Shown here: positions 21,116-31,325 of the stretch, in pieces
Position numbering within the stretch: position 1 is the stretch's first letter
Layout of the letters: each line of letters begins with the position of its first letter
From: Kiritimatiellia bacterium
Lineage (GTDB): Bacteria > Verrucomicrobiota > Kiritimatiellia > RFP12 > JBMNHG01
DNA: 64,000 bases
Reading direction: 5' to 3'
Assembly: GCA_050950285.1 (NCBI GenBank)
Contig: JBMNHG010000011.1
Location: 248,001-312,000 of the forward strand
Position numbers and translations under genes: made by a program
The notes under the pieces: model-generated
Told to the model about the DNA's origin: nothing
The model's database searches: none
What the model saw: the letters and a program-made list of their open reading frames with translations, nothing else

Positions 21116-22717
21116 ATGCAGGAAACCACGTGGCAGGCCGTCCTCGACGAGTTCGAGCTTTCCAGGAACCGTACGATCCGCGACCTCTTCGCCGCCGACC
21201 CCGGGCGTGCGGAGCGCTTCACCGCGTCCGCCGCCGGCTGGACGCTCGACTATTCGAAAAACCGCATCACCGAGCCGCTGTTCTACCGCCTCGTCGATCT
21301 TGCGGAAGCCTCCGACCTCAAAGCGTGGATGGAAGCGATGTTCACGGGCGGGCACATCAACAACACGGAAGACCGGGCCGTGTTGCACGTCGCGCTCCGC
21401 AACAAGGCCGATGCGCCGATCCGGGTGGATGGGAAGGATGTGATGCCGGACGTGGCCTCCGTCCTGGAGCGCATGTCCGCCTTCGCCGACCACGTGCGCC
21501 GGGGCGTATGGACCGGCTACACCGGGAAGACCATCCGGTCCGTCGTGAACATCGGCATCGGCGGTTCCGACCTCGGCCCTGCGATGGCGTATGAGGCGTT
21601 GAAGCCTTACTCCAAGCGTTCCATCAAGGCCTACTTCGTGTCGAACATCGACGGGACTGCCTTGGCCGAGGTTCTTCGCCAGGTGAAGGCCGAGCGGACG
21701 CTCTTCATCGTGGCTTCGAAGACCTTCACGACGCAGGAGACCATGACCAACGCGCAGACGGCCCGCGCGTGGCTGGTCGAGCGGCTTGGAAGCGAGGCCG
21801 CCGTGGCGAAGCACTTCGTGGCGGTCTCCACCAATGCCGGGAAGGTCGCCGCCTTCGGCATCGACCCCGCGAACATGTTCGGCTTCTGGAATTGGGTGGG
21901 CGGCCGGTACTCGTTGCCCTCCGCCATCGGCCTTTCGCTGATGATTTCGATCGGGCCGAAGAATTTCCGGCGCATGCTGAGGGGCTATCGTGCGATGGAT
22001 CGCCACTTCCGCACCGCGCCGTTTCGCCGGAACCTTCCCGTGATCCTGGCGCTTCTCGGCATTTTGTACAACAACGCCTATGGCGCCGAATCCTACGCCG
22101 TGCTTCCCTACGACCAGTATCTCGCGCGTTTCCCCGCCTACCTCCAGCAGCTCGACATGGAGTCGAACGGCAAGTCCGTGGGCCGCGACGGGAGGCCTGT
22201 TTCGTGCGCGACCGGCCCGATCGTCTGGGGCGAGCCGGGAACCAACGGACAGCACGCCTTCTACCAGCTCATCCATCAGGGCACGCGTCTGATCCCCTGC
22301 GATTTCATCGGCTTCTGCAAGTCGCACAATCCCATGGGCGACCATCACGACAAACTGATGGCCAACTTTTTCGCGCAGACCAAGGCTCTCGCCTTCGGAC
22401 GCACCGCCGACGAATGCCGTGCGATGGGCGTTCCCGAAGAGCTGGTCCCCCACAAGACCTTCGAGGGCAACCGCCCCACCAACACCCTGCTTGCCGACAA
22501 GCTTACGCCCGACACCTTCGGCGCGCTCGTGGCCCTCTACGAGCACAAGATTTTCACGCAGGGCGTCATCTGGGGGATCAACTCCTTCGACCAATGGGGC
22601 GTGGAGCTTGGCAAGACCCTTGCCGGGCAGATTCTGCCCGACCTTTCGTCCGACAGCGAACTCCTTTACGATGCGTCGACGAACGCCCTCATCGCCCGCT
22701 ACCGTGCATCCCGGTAA
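21116..22717 (+). CDS. pgi: Glucose-6-phosphate isomerase
   Basis: [36 protein letters not shown] and [10 protein letters not shown] motifs. Confidence 0.97.
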   Translation: MQETTWQAVLDEFELSRNRTIRDLFAADPGRAERFTASAAGWTLDYSKNRITEPLFYRLVDLAEASDLKAWMEAMFTGGHINNTEDRAVLHVALRNKADAPIRVDGKDVMPDVASVLERMSAFADHVRRGVWTGYTGKTIRSVVNIGIGGSDLGPAMAYEALKPYSKRSIKAYFVSNIDGTALAEVLRQVKAERTLFIVASKTFTTQETMTNAQTARAWLVERLGSEAAVAKHFVAVSTNAGKVAAFGIDPANMFGFWNWVGGRYSLPSAIGLSLMISIGPKNFRRMLRGYRAMDRHFRTAPFRRNLPVILALLGILYNNAYGAESYAVLPYDQYLARFPAYLQQLDMESNGKSVGRDGRPVSCATGPIVWGEPGTNGQHAFYQLIHQGTRLIPCDFIGFCKSHNPMGDHHDKLMANFFAQTKALAFGRTADECRAMGVPEELVPHKTFEGNRPTNTLLADKLTPDTFGALVALYEHKIFTQGVIWGINSFDQWGVELGKTLAGQILPDLSSDSELLYDASTNALIARYRASR

Positions 22718-22861
22718 TCGGCGGCGGCAGGGGATTCGGGCGCCATGGCGTGCCGGCGTCCTTCAATTCCCCCCTTTCCGCCTTGCCCCGCCACTCGTCC
22801 GGACGGCTTGCACGGGGGAATCCGTCCCCCGCACCGTGCATTTTTCCCCTTCCCCAACGGC

Positions 22862-22891
22862 TTGACTTGCCTGGGGAGGGTCGAGTATGCT
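22862..22891 (+). promoter_or_regulatory. Sigma70-like promoter at the head of the envelope/mre gene run
   Basis: TTGACT-18 nt-TATGCT. Confidence 0.55.
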
Positions 22892-22959
22892 GTCAAAAAC
22901 GGCGGGCGACGGAGTTGTCCGCTCCGATTTTCAGATTGCATGCAGTGAGGAAACGGCCA

Positions 22960-23943
22960 ATGAAGCATCGTTTTTCGATTTCCCTGGCGTCGCTGGCGCT
23001 GGCGGCGTCCGTGTCTTTCGGCGCGGGTTTCGGGTATTTGTTCCAGGTGGAGGGCTTGAAGGGGACCTGCCAGGTGCGCGAGCCTGGCGCGGTCGAATTC
23101 AAGAGCGCCATCAAGGGCAAAGCCTATCCGTATGGAACGACGGTGCGCACGCTTGAAAACAGCGCGGCCGCACTTCGCCTGAGCGAGGATTACTCCTTGG
23201 ACATCGCCGCCGGCACCACGCTTGTCCCCATGCGGTGCGAGGACTCCCCGGACACCCGCCACCTCAACCTCCAGGCGGGCCGGATGACGCTCTTCACGAC
23301 GGCCGATGGCGGCGACAGCCTCGTCGTGCAGACGCCGGTGGTGGACTGCACCGACTTCAAGGGCCGCAGCGAGTTTTCGCTCGCGGTGCTTCCCGATTCC
23401 TATGATCTTTCCGTGCAAGTGGCATCCGGCGGCACGGCGACCCTCCTGGGCCCGCAGTTCTCGATCCCGGATCTCAAGTCCGGCTATCGCGTGCGCATCC
23501 GCACCCTCAAAGACCGTTCCTACACCCGCATCCTCAACACCCTCGGCGACTACGCGGTACTGATCGACAATGGGAACCCCGAGCCGGTCTCCATCGCCAC
23601 GGTCACGCGCAGCGCGATTAAGATCTGGCGGGAGCACGCCCCCGTGGGCGGCCGCGAGATCGTCTCCGTGCTGGCGATCGGGCCGGACGGCAAGGGCCGC
23701 GAGCGCTTCGCCTTCGCGGTGGGCCAGCCTCTGGTGGCGTCCCTGGCCCCGCAGACGTGGGTCGAGGAGGCCGAGGGAGCCGGGGAAGAGCCGGACCAGC
23801 CGGAGGAAGCCGATGCCGAAGACGGCGAAACCGTGGATTTCGACGCGGCTTTCGGAACCGATGGCGACGACGAGGCGGCGGCCGAGGGCGGCGAAGAGGC
23901 CGCCGGCGACGACGGCCTGTTCAGCGACGATTTCTCCTGGTAG
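22960..23943 (+). CDS. Exported protein with FecR-like beta domain and acidic C-terminal tail
   Basis: Signal peptide MKHRFSISLASLALAASVSFG. GTTVRT..NSAA.L, LNLQAGR and VVQTP pattern resembles FecR. Tail is rich in D/E. Confidence 0.55.
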   Translation: MKHRFSISLASLALAASVSFGAGFGYLFQVEGLKGTCQVREPGAVEFKSAIKGKAYPYGTTVRTLENSAAALRLSEDYSLDIAAGTTLVPMRCEDSPDTRHLNLQAGRMTLFTTADGGDSLVVQTPVVDCTDFKGRSEFSLAVLPDSYDLSVQVASGGTATLLGPQFSIPDLKSGYRVRIRTLKDRSYTRILNTLGDYAVLIDNGNPEPVSIATVTRSAIKIWREHAPVGGREIVSVLAIGPDGKGRERFAFAVGQPLVASLAPQTWVEEAEGAGEEPDQPEEADAEDGETVDFDAAFGTDGDDEAAAEGGEEAAGDDGLFSDDFSW

Positions 23944-24054
23944 AAAATCCCCGGATTCGGAAAGCGTTTTCCGGCGGCGGCGTCCGAACCGCGCGTTTCC
24001 CGCGCAGCCGCGACTCCTACACTTATTCCACACGCGCTCATTCGAGGCCACAGA

Positions 24055-25704
24055 GTGTTCATCTATCATTTCAACCGGATGATCCGCAGCAAATTGCTTT
24101 GGCTGGTGATCGCCATCCTGACGGTCTTCGCCTTCGTGTTCGCGGACATCTTCACGAGGGGCGGCGGCGACGGCGAATCGGGCCCCTCCGTCGCGACGAT
24201 CGGCGGCAAGCCCGTCACGGAAACCGAAGTGGGCCGCGCCATGCTCTTCGCCCGCGGCCTGAACCGTTCCGCCGACATTTCCGAAGAGGATCTCCGCAAA
24301 CAGGCGTTGGAGCGCATCGCCCTCCTGCGCGTCGCGAAGCAGTTCGGGCTGGCCGCCTCCCACGACGAAGTGTTCCACGCCATCCGGGTCGGACTCTTCC
24401 CAGACGGCCAGTTCGACGAAATGGCCTACCGCACCTTCGTGCAGCGCCAGTTCGGCTGGAGCACCGACATCTACGAGGAGTTCATGGCCGAATGGATTGC
24501 CCTGCAGAAGGTCGGCATCGTGCTCGATTCCGCCTCGTGGGTCTCCCCGATGGACCTCCAGGGCGGGAGCGACGCCATCACCGACTCGTTCGTCACCCGC
24601 ATGGTGGTGTTGACCAATTCGATCGACGCGGCGACCATCGAGGTCTCCACGGAAGAGCTCCAGGACTTCTACGAAGCCGACCCCGCGCGCTACGACCAGC
24701 CCGCCCGCGTGCAGGTGCGCTACGTCGAGAAAGACCTCGCCCCGCTTCTCCCGCTCGTGGAGATTGCCGACAGCGACATCGAGGACTACTACGACGCGCA
24801 CGACCGGGACTACACCCGCTGGACGACCAACGGCATGGAGACCCTGCCGCTGGAGGAGGTTTCGGACGAGATCCGGGAGATCCTCGCGAAAGAGGAGGCG
24901 TGCTACATCGCCTCCACGAACGCCACCCGCGACTTCCTCGCCTATGTCCGGGGGAAGAGCGAGGGCATCTTCGACAAGTACATCGCGGACAACGGCTACA
25001 CGGTCGTCCACACCTCGGCGCTTTTCTCCGCGGAGGAGGCCGTCGAATCCCTCGAGGGGATCGATCCGGGCGCGATGGAGGAATTCATCGGGGCCGCGTT
25101 CGACCTGGATGCCGCCCGCAGCGACTCCCGCTTTGGCGTGGTCGCGGGCGGATCGCATCTCTACCTCCTTTCCGCCATCACCAACTTCGACGCCAAGACG
25201 CCGGAGTTCGACGAGGCGTTCCTCGACGTGCTCCGCGACGCCCGGGAAGAGGCGTGCGACAAGGCCTTCCGCGAGATGGCCGGCGCCAAGGCCGCCGGAA
25301 TCCGCGCGGCGCTGGCCGAGGGCAAGGACTTCGCCGAGGCTGCGGAGGACGCGATGGTCGAGCAGCGCACCTTCTCGTGGTACGCGCAGCAGTACGGGAT
25401 GACGGGCGACGAGCGCGCCATCATGGCCGGCATCGCCTCCCTGGTCCCCGGCGAGGTTTCCGACCCCATCGAGACCTCCAGGGGAATGGTGCTGGCCTAC
25501 CTGGTCTCCCGCGAGCCGGGCGAAGCCTCCGCGGAGGACATCGCCCAGCTTCGCGACGATGTCCGCGAAAGCCTGGCCGCCGAGCGCAAGGCGTTGCTCG
25601 CCAGCGCGTGGGCGGACAGCCTCCAGGAGACGCCCCCCGTCATCGGCGACGACCCAGAGGGAGTCGACGGTGAGATGGACGACGACACCGAAGACGACGA
25701 ATAA
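24055..25704 (+). CDS. PpiD/SurA N-terminal-domain periplasmic chaperone
   Basis: GTG start, N-terminal TM helix, VATIGG, EELQDFYE and GEVSDPIETSRG, typical of PpiD-like proteins. Confidence 0.7.
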   Translation: MFIYHFNRMIRSKLLWLVIAILTVFAFVFADIFTRGGGDGESGPSVATIGGKPVTETEVGRAMLFARGLNRSADISEEDLRKQALERIALLRVAKQFGLAASHDEVFHAIRVGLFPDGQFDEMAYRTFVQRQFGWSTDIYEEFMAEWIALQKVGIVLDSASWVSPMDLQGGSDAITDSFVTRMVVLTNSIDAATIEVSTEELQDFYEADPARYDQPARVQVRYVEKDLAPLLPLVEIADSDIEDYYDAHDRDYTRWTTNGMETLPLEEVSDEIREILAKEEACYIASTNATRDFLAYVRGKSEGIFDKYIADNGYTVVHTSALFSAEEAVESLEGIDPGAMEEFIGAAFDLDAARSDSRFGVVAGGSHLYLLSAITNFDAKTPEFDEAFLDVLRDAREEACDKAFREMAGAKAAGIRAALAEGKDFAEAAEDAMVEQRTFSWYAQQYGMTGDERAIMAGIASLVPGEVSDPIETSRGMVLAYLVSREPGEASAEDIAQLRDDVRESLAAERKALLASAWADSLQETPPVIGDDPEGVDGEMDDDTEDDE

Positions 25705-25748
25705 ACCTTTTTTCCTCCCCGTTGCCGGGGAGTGCTGGGATCACCGCG

Positions 25749-26765
25749 ATGTGGAACAAGTTTCATAACCTCTTCACCAACGACATTGGCATTGACCTTG
25801 GCACGGCCAACACCCTGGTCTACGTGAAGGATCGTGGCATCGTGCTCCGCGAACCGTCCGTCGTGGCGCTCCAGCAAGGCACCCGCAACATCCTGGCCGT
25901 CGGCAAGTCGGCGTGGGACATGCTCGGGCGCACCCCCGGCAACATCACGGCCATCCGTCCGATGAAATCGGGCGTGATCGCCGACTACGACATCACCGAG
26001 GCGATGATCCGCCACTTCATCAAGGCGGTGAAGGAACACAAGCTGGTGAACCCCCGCGTGCTCATCGCGGTTCCCAGCGACATCAACGAGGTCGAACGCC
26101 GTGCGGTGCTGGACGCCGCCAGCCATGCAGGGGCGAGCCGGGTGTTCCTGATCGAGGAACCGATGGCCGCCGCGATCGGCGTGGGCCTCCCCGTGCAGGA
26201 ACCGGCCGCCAACATGATCATCGACATCGGCGGCGGAACCTGCGAGGTGGCCATCATCTCCCTGGCGGGCATCGTGTTTTCGAAGAGCGTGCGCGTGGGC
26301 GGCGACGTGATGGACGAGTCCATCATGCAGTACATGCGCCGCAACTACAATTTGATGATCGGAGAACGGACCGCAGAGAACATCAAGATCACGATCGGTT
26401 CGGCCTTCCCTCTTGCGGAGGAAGGCCACGTGGAGGTCAAGGGGCGGGGTCTTGAAACCGGCCTGCCCAAGACGCTTTCGGTCTCGTCGGAAGAGATCCG
26501 CGAGGCCCTCCAGGATCCTGTTTCGCAGATCGTCGAGGTCGTACGCACGGCCTTGGAGAAGTGCCCCCCCGAACTTTCGGCCGATCTGGTCGACCGCGGC
26601 ATGGTGCTGGCGGGCGGCGGTTCGATGCTGCGGGGGCTGGACAAGCTGATCTCGGAACAGACCGGGCTGCCCGTGCACATGGCGGAAGATCCCCTGACCG
26701 CCGTGGCGGAGGGCACCGGCATTGTGCTGAACGAGTTGAACCTGCTTGCGAGAAAGTCGCGGTAG
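25749..26765 (+). CDS. mreB: Rod shape-determining protein MreB
   Basis: IGIDLGTANT, IEEPMAAAIG, DIGGGT, IGERTAE and LAGGG motifs. Confidence 0.97.
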   Translation: MWNKFHNLFTNDIGIDLGTANTLVYVKDRGIVLREPSVVALQQGTRNILAVGKSAWDMLGRTPGNITAIRPMKSGVIADYDITEAMIRHFIKAVKEHKLVNPRVLIAVPSDINEVERRAVLDAASHAGASRVFLIEEPMAAAIGVGLPVQEPAANMIIDIGGGTCEVAIISLAGIVFSKSVRVGGDVMDESIMQYMRRNYNLMIGERTAENIKITIGSAFPLAEEGHVEVKGRGLETGLPKTLSVSSEEIREALQDPVSQIVEVVRTALEKCPPELSADLVDRGMVLAGGGSMLRGLDKLISEQTGLPVHMAEDPLTAVAEGTGIVLNELNLLARKSR

Positions 26766-26844
26766 GGGCCCGACGTCGTGAAAAAGATGGTTTGCGCGCC
26801 CGATGCTCCGCCGAGGCCCAGAGGGGCCTCCGGAGAACCTGTTG

Positions 26845-27699
26845 GTGCGAGTTTCTAAAATCTGGGGCCTCGTGCTTGGGCTGCTGTTGCTGGCCCTGGC
26901 CGTGGGAATCCTGCGAAAAGGCGCCGCGACCGTCGCCCGGGAGTGTTTTTATCCCTTCCAGAACGCGGCGTGCCGCGTACGGTCGGGATTGCTTCCGCGT
27001 CTTTCCGGCCTCTTCCGGGGAGCCTCCGCAACGGCGCGCGCGATCGCGCTCGAGGAGGATCGCGACCTTCTCCTCGCCCAGATCGCGCAGCTGGAGAGCG
27101 TCGCGGCCGAGAACAGGGAGCTGCGCCGCCAGCTCGGCTTCGCCCGGGCCTCGGGGCATCGTCTCGTGGCGTGCCCGGTGATCCCGGGAAACGGCGGCGG
27201 CTGGTGGACCTCCATCCGCCTCGGCAGGGGGGCCTCGGACGGCCTGGCGGTGGGGCAGGTGGCGCTGAACGCGGACGGCCTGGTGGGGCGGGTGGTCGCG
27301 GTGACCCCGTCGACGGCCGACGTGATGCTGCTGACGGATCCGAACTTCCGGCTGTCCTGCGAGATTCCCGCGGCGCACGGCGCGCCGCCTGCCCGCGGCA
27401 TCCTGTACGGGGCCGGCGTGCGCTCCTCCGCGGGGGTCCCGGAGCTCCTCCACGTGGTCGAGCCGCTCGCGCTTCGCTACCTCGGCCGGGACAGCACCCC
27501 GCTTTCCCCGCCGCCGCGCACGCCCGTGCGCACCACCGGCGAGGGCGGGCACGTGCCCGCCGGCCTGCTTGTGGGCTACCTGCTGGATTCCCGGCCCGAC
27601 TTCGACGGCCTCTGCCGCGTGGGCGAGGTGGCGCCGGCGGTCGACTTCGCGCATCTGCCGCTGGTCTTCGTGCGGGTGGCCGGAGGGAGCGCCCGATGA
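26845..27699 (+). CDS. mreC: Rod shape-determining protein MreC
   Basis: TM helix, coiled coil ENRELRRQL, GLVGRV, PAGLLVG and PAVDF; synteny. Start codon uncertain. Confidence 0.85.
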   Translation: MRVSKIWGLVLGLLLLALAVGILRKGAATVARECFYPFQNAACRVRSGLLPRLSGLFRGASATARAIALEEDRDLLLAQIAQLESVAAENRELRRQLGFARASGHRLVACPVIPGNGGGWWTSIRLGRGASDGLAVGQVALNADGLVGRVVAVTPSTADVMLLTDPNFRLSCEIPAAHGAPPARGILYGAGVRSSAGVPELLHVVEPLALRYLGRDSTPLSPPPRTPVRTTGEGGHVPAGLLVGYLLDSRPDFDGLCRVGEVAPAVDFAHLPLVFVRVAGGSAR

Positions 27700-28226
27700 A
27701 ACTCGACCTCCCCGTGCTGCTCCTGCTGCTTTCGCTGGCGGCCTGCCTCGAAGAGTTCCTGCCCGGACTCCCGCTCCCGGCGCCGTGGCTTGCCGGCGTC
27801 TCGATCTACTATTCCCTGCGGCGCACCTTCCCGATGTCCGGGGTGGTGGCGGTGGTGGCGGGCGTGCTCCACGACTCCCTGGGCGGCGTGCCGCTTCCGG
27901 CGACGTCGCTGTCGCTGCTGGCGCTGGCGGTGTCGGCGTCCGGGCTCCGCACCGTCCTGGCGCGCGACTCCGTCCGGCTCGCGGCCATTGCCGGCGCGGG
28001 TTCCGGACTGCTGCTCCCGCTGGTGCAGCGCCTCTTCCTGGGCGCCACGATGGTTTCGCCGCGCGGCTTTGCGTGGCTTGCCGCCGCCCTGTCCGGATCG
28101 GCGGCGTCCGGCGCCATCGCCGCCGCCCTCTTCTTCCTCCTCGGGCGCCGGCTCGACACGCTGGCCGGGAACATCCAACCGCGAAAGGAGATCGATGGCC
28201 GGGAGTGGCCCCAATCTTCCGGCTAG
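27696..28226 (+). CDS. mreD: Rod shape-determining protein MreD-like membrane protein
   Basis: Hydrophobic 176 aa with G.LHDSL motif; lies between mreC and mrdA with ATGA overlap. Confidence 0.7.
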   Translation: MKLDLPVLLLLLSLAACLEEFLPGLPLPAPWLAGVSIYYSLRRTFPMSGVVAVVAGVLHDSLGGVPLPATSLSLLALAVSASGLRTVLARDSVRLAAIAGAGSGLLLPLVQRLFLGATMVSPRGFAWLAAALSGSAASGAIAAALFFLLGRRLDTLAGNIQPRKEIDGREWPQSSG

Positions 28227-30102
28227 GTGGCGCCTGGCCGTGATCGGCCTCGTGATCCTCGCCGCCTTCGCCGCCCTCGCCTCGCGCCTTCACCGCGTGC
28301 AGGTCGTGGAGTCGCGCACGTTCGCCGACCGCGCCGTCCGGCAGAGCGTGCGCCGGGTGCTGCTGCCCGCCACCCGCGGACGGATCTTCGACCGTTCGGG
28401 CGTGTGCCTGGCGGACATCCGGCCCAATTACTGCCTGGCCTTCTACATCGAGGAACTCCGCCGCCCCGGCCCCTGGAGCCGCACCATCGATGCCGTGGAC
28501 GAGGAGATCGACCGCCTCGCCCGCGTGATCGGCCGCCCCCGCGAGACCACGCGCGACGACATCGCGACCCACGTCCGCAAGCGGCTCCCCATGCCCTTCC
28601 TCGCGTGGGAGGGGATCGACTATCGGTCCCTGGCGCGCTTCGCCGAGCACGTCGAACCCTCCTTCCCGGGGGTGGACATCCACGTCCAGTCCGAGCGGGT
28701 CTACCCGCATGGAAGCCTCGCCGCGCACCTTCTGGGGTACGTGGGACGGGACAAGCCCGCCATCACCAACTTCGCCCCGCACTTCTACGTCCCGGACTTG
28801 CGCGGCCGCGCCGGCATCGAGGCCACATGCGACGACATCCTCGCGGGACAGCCGGGAAGCACGCTCCTGCGCGTGGACGCCGCCGGCTACAAGCACGACG
28901 TCTGGGAGACCCGTCCGCCGCTCGCCGGGCGCGACGTCACGCTCACGATCGACGCCTCCCTCCAGGCGACGGGCGAACGCCTGCTCGCGGGCCGCCGCGG
29001 CGCCATCGTGGCGGTCGACCCCCGGAACGGCGAGGTGCTGGCGCTCGTGAGCATGCCCGGGTTCGACCTGAACGCGATGTCGCCCGCCCCTTCCGCCGCT
29101 TACTGGAAGAAACTCAATTCCGACCCCGACACCCCGCTCCTGAACCGGGCGATCGGCGGCGTGTATCCGCCCGGAAGCACCTTCAAGCCCTGCGTGGCCC
29201 TTGCCGCCGCAACCTGCGGGATTTCGCCCGGCCTCGCGTACGACTGCACGGGAAGCTTCACGCTGGGCGCGGCGCGCCTCCACTGCTGGAACCGCAGCGG
29301 CCACGGCGAGATCAGCCTGCGCAAGGCCATCGAGCAATCCTGCAACCCCTACTTCTGCCACCTCGGGATCCTTGCGGGCTGGCCCGCCGTGTACGATGCC
29401 GCCGCCGCCCTCGGCTTCGGCGAACGCACCGGCATCCCGCTTCCCGGCGAGCGCGCGGGACTCCTGCCGGACGATGCCTGGAAGCGAAAGGCACGCCGCG
29501 ACGCCTGGCGCTCCGGCGACACCGCGAACGCGTCCGTCGGCCAGGGCGCGCTGCTCGCCACGCCGCTGCAGCTGGCCGTCTACGCCGGCGTCCTCGCGAA
29601 TGGAGGCACGCTGCGTCCGCCCCGCCTCCTGCTGGGGCCTCCCGACGCCGTGGACAACCCGCTCCCGGTGCGCTCCCTCTCCTGGCCGGGCGAGACGATG
29701 GAGACCGTCCGCAACGGGATGTACGACGTGGTCAACGCCCCGTACGGTACCGGACGCCTCGCGAAGGTCCCCGGCGTGGCCGTGGCGGGCAAGACCGGAA
29801 CGGCCGAGTACGGCCCGCGCGCCAACCGCCGCAAGCACGCGTGGATGATCGCCTTCGCCCCGTTCGAAGCCCCTGAAATCGCGCTCGCCGTGCTCGTCGA
29901 GGACGGTGATTCCGGCGGGAAGACGGCAGCTCCCATCGTCCGGGCGATGATCGCCGCGCACTTCGGCATCGAGATCGAGGCACCCTCCGAAAACGGGAAC
30001 GAGGCGCGGTCCGGCGAGGCCTCCGGCCCGGCGCCCGCCGCGGCGCCCGCCCGCTCCGGACGGGCCTTCCCCCGCCCGCTCCGGGAAGGGAGGGCCTCAT
30101 GA
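28195..30102 (+). CDS. mrdA: Penicillin-binding protein 2
   Basis: RGRIFDR, YPPGSTFK (SxxK), SCN (SxN) and KTGTAE motifs. Confidence 0.93.
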   Translation: MAGSGPNLPARWRLAVIGLVILAAFAALASRLHRVQVVESRTFADRAVRQSVRRVLLPATRGRIFDRSGVCLADIRPNYCLAFYIEELRRPGPWSRTIDAVDEEIDRLARVIGRPRETTRDDIATHVRKRLPMPFLAWEGIDYRSLARFAEHVEPSFPGVDIHVQSERVYPHGSLAAHLLGYVGRDKPAITNFAPHFYVPDLRGRAGIEATCDDILAGQPGSTLLRVDAAGYKHDVWETRPPLAGRDVTLTIDASLQATGERLLAGRRGAIVAVDPRNGEVLALVSMPGFDLNAMSPAPSAAYWKKLNSDPDTPLLNRAIGGVYPPGSTFKPCVALAAATCGISPGLAYDCTGSFTLGAARLHCWNRSGHGEISLRKAIEQSCNPYFCHLGILAGWPAVYDAAAALGFGERTGIPLPGERAGLLPDDAWKRKARRDAWRSGDTANASVGQGALLATPLQLAVYAGVLANGGTLRPPRLLLGPPDAVDNPLPVRSLSWPGETMETVRNGMYDVVNAPYGTGRLAKVPGVAVAGKTGTAEYGPRANRRKHAWMIAFAPFEAPEIALAVLVEDGDSGGKTAAPIVRAMIAAHFGIEIEAPSENGNEARSGEASGPAPAAAPARSGRAFPRPLREGRAS

Positions 30103-31286
30103 ACCGCTTCCTCCGATCGCTTGCGCCGCTTCGGCGGATCAGTTGGACGATGCTCGTCGCGATGCTGTTGCTCACGGCCATCGGGGTGGCGTTCGTGTAC
30201 AGCGCCTGCTTGATCCGCGAGGAGGCGAGCCTGCAACGCCTCTACCTGCAACACGCCCAGCTCGCCGCCGTCGCCCTCGTCGGACTCCTGGCGCTCGCGT
30301 GCATCGACTTCAGGAGCGTGCTGCGCTGGAGCCCCCTTTTCTACCTCGCTTCGATCCTCCTGCTCGTGGCCGTGCTGGCGAAGGGCGAGGAGCGCCTGGG
30401 CGCGCAGCGATGGATCTTCGGCATACAGCCCTCCGAACTCGCGAAGATCGCCACCATCCTGCTGCTCGCCCGCTTCCTCGGCCGCAAGGACGCCACGCGC
30501 GGGCCGGGCGAACTCCTGCTGGCCGGCCTCTTCGTGGCGATTCCCGCCGGACTGATCCTGCTGCAACCGGATATCGGCACCGCGCTGGTGATGGCCCCGG
30601 TGCTCCTTGCGATGCTCTTCGCGGCCGGCACCGCGCCGAAGACGCTCCTGTGCTGCGTGCTGGCGGCCCTGCTCCTCGCCGGCGGCGTGCTGGGGTCGAT
30701 CGCGGCCCTCGAAAAACCGGACCTGGACCCGGCGCTCCGCAAGCCTCTTTCCGCCGCCACCTCCTTCCTGGACGACTACCAGCGGAAACGCCTCCTGGTC
30801 TACCTCTACCCCGAACGCGACCCCCACGGCATGGCCTGGAACAAGCGCCAGTCGGAAATCGCCGTCGGCTCCGGCGGCAGGACGGGGAAGGGGTTCCTCA
30901 AAGGAGACCAGAACCTGCTGGGCTACCTCCCCCAGCAGGTCTCCTTCAACGATTTCATCTTCTCGGTGCTCGCCGAGGAGACGGGGTTCCGCGGCGCCGC
31001 CGTCGTGCTCCTGCTCTTCCTCTGCATCCTCTTGCCAGGGCTCTGGACGGCGGCGCGCAGCAAGGACGCGGCCGGACGGCTCCTGTGCGTCGGCGTGGTC
31101 GCGCTCATCGCCAGCCACGTCTTCGTGAACATCGCGATGACCGTCGGGATGGTGCCGATCACGGGACTCCCCCTTCCTTTCATCAGTTACGGCAGGACCT
31201 TCCTGCTTTCCATGTACATCGCCCTCGGGCTGGTCCAAAGCGTGGCCGCCCACCGGGACCGGGAGGATGACGCCAGAAACGCCTGA
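30099..31286 (+). CDS. rodA: SEDS peptidoglycan glycosyltransferase RodA
   Basis: GAQRWI, QPSELAK, QPDIGT, DFIFSVLAEE and GLPLPFISYG motifs. Confidence 0.93.
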   Translation: MNRFLRSLAPLRRISWTMLVAMLLLTAIGVAFVYSACLIREEASLQRLYLQHAQLAAVALVGLLALACIDFRSVLRWSPLFYLASILLLVAVLAKGEERLGAQRWIFGIQPSELAKIATILLLARFLGRKDATRGPGELLLAGLFVAIPAGLILLQPDIGTALVMAPVLLAMLFAAGTAPKTLLCCVLAALLLAGGVLGSIAALEKPDLDPALRKPLSAATSFLDDYQRKRLLVYLYPERDPHGMAWNKRQSEIAVGSGGRTGKGFLKGDQNLLGYLPQQVSFNDFIFSVLAEETGFRGAAVVLLLFLCILLPGLWTAARSKDAAGRLLCVGVVALIASHVFVNIAMTVGMVPITGLPLPFISYGRTFLLSMYIALGLVQSVAAHRDREDDARNA

Positions 31287-31325
31287 CCCTTCCTCCGCTC
31301 AACACCAGGATAGGAGAACACCATC

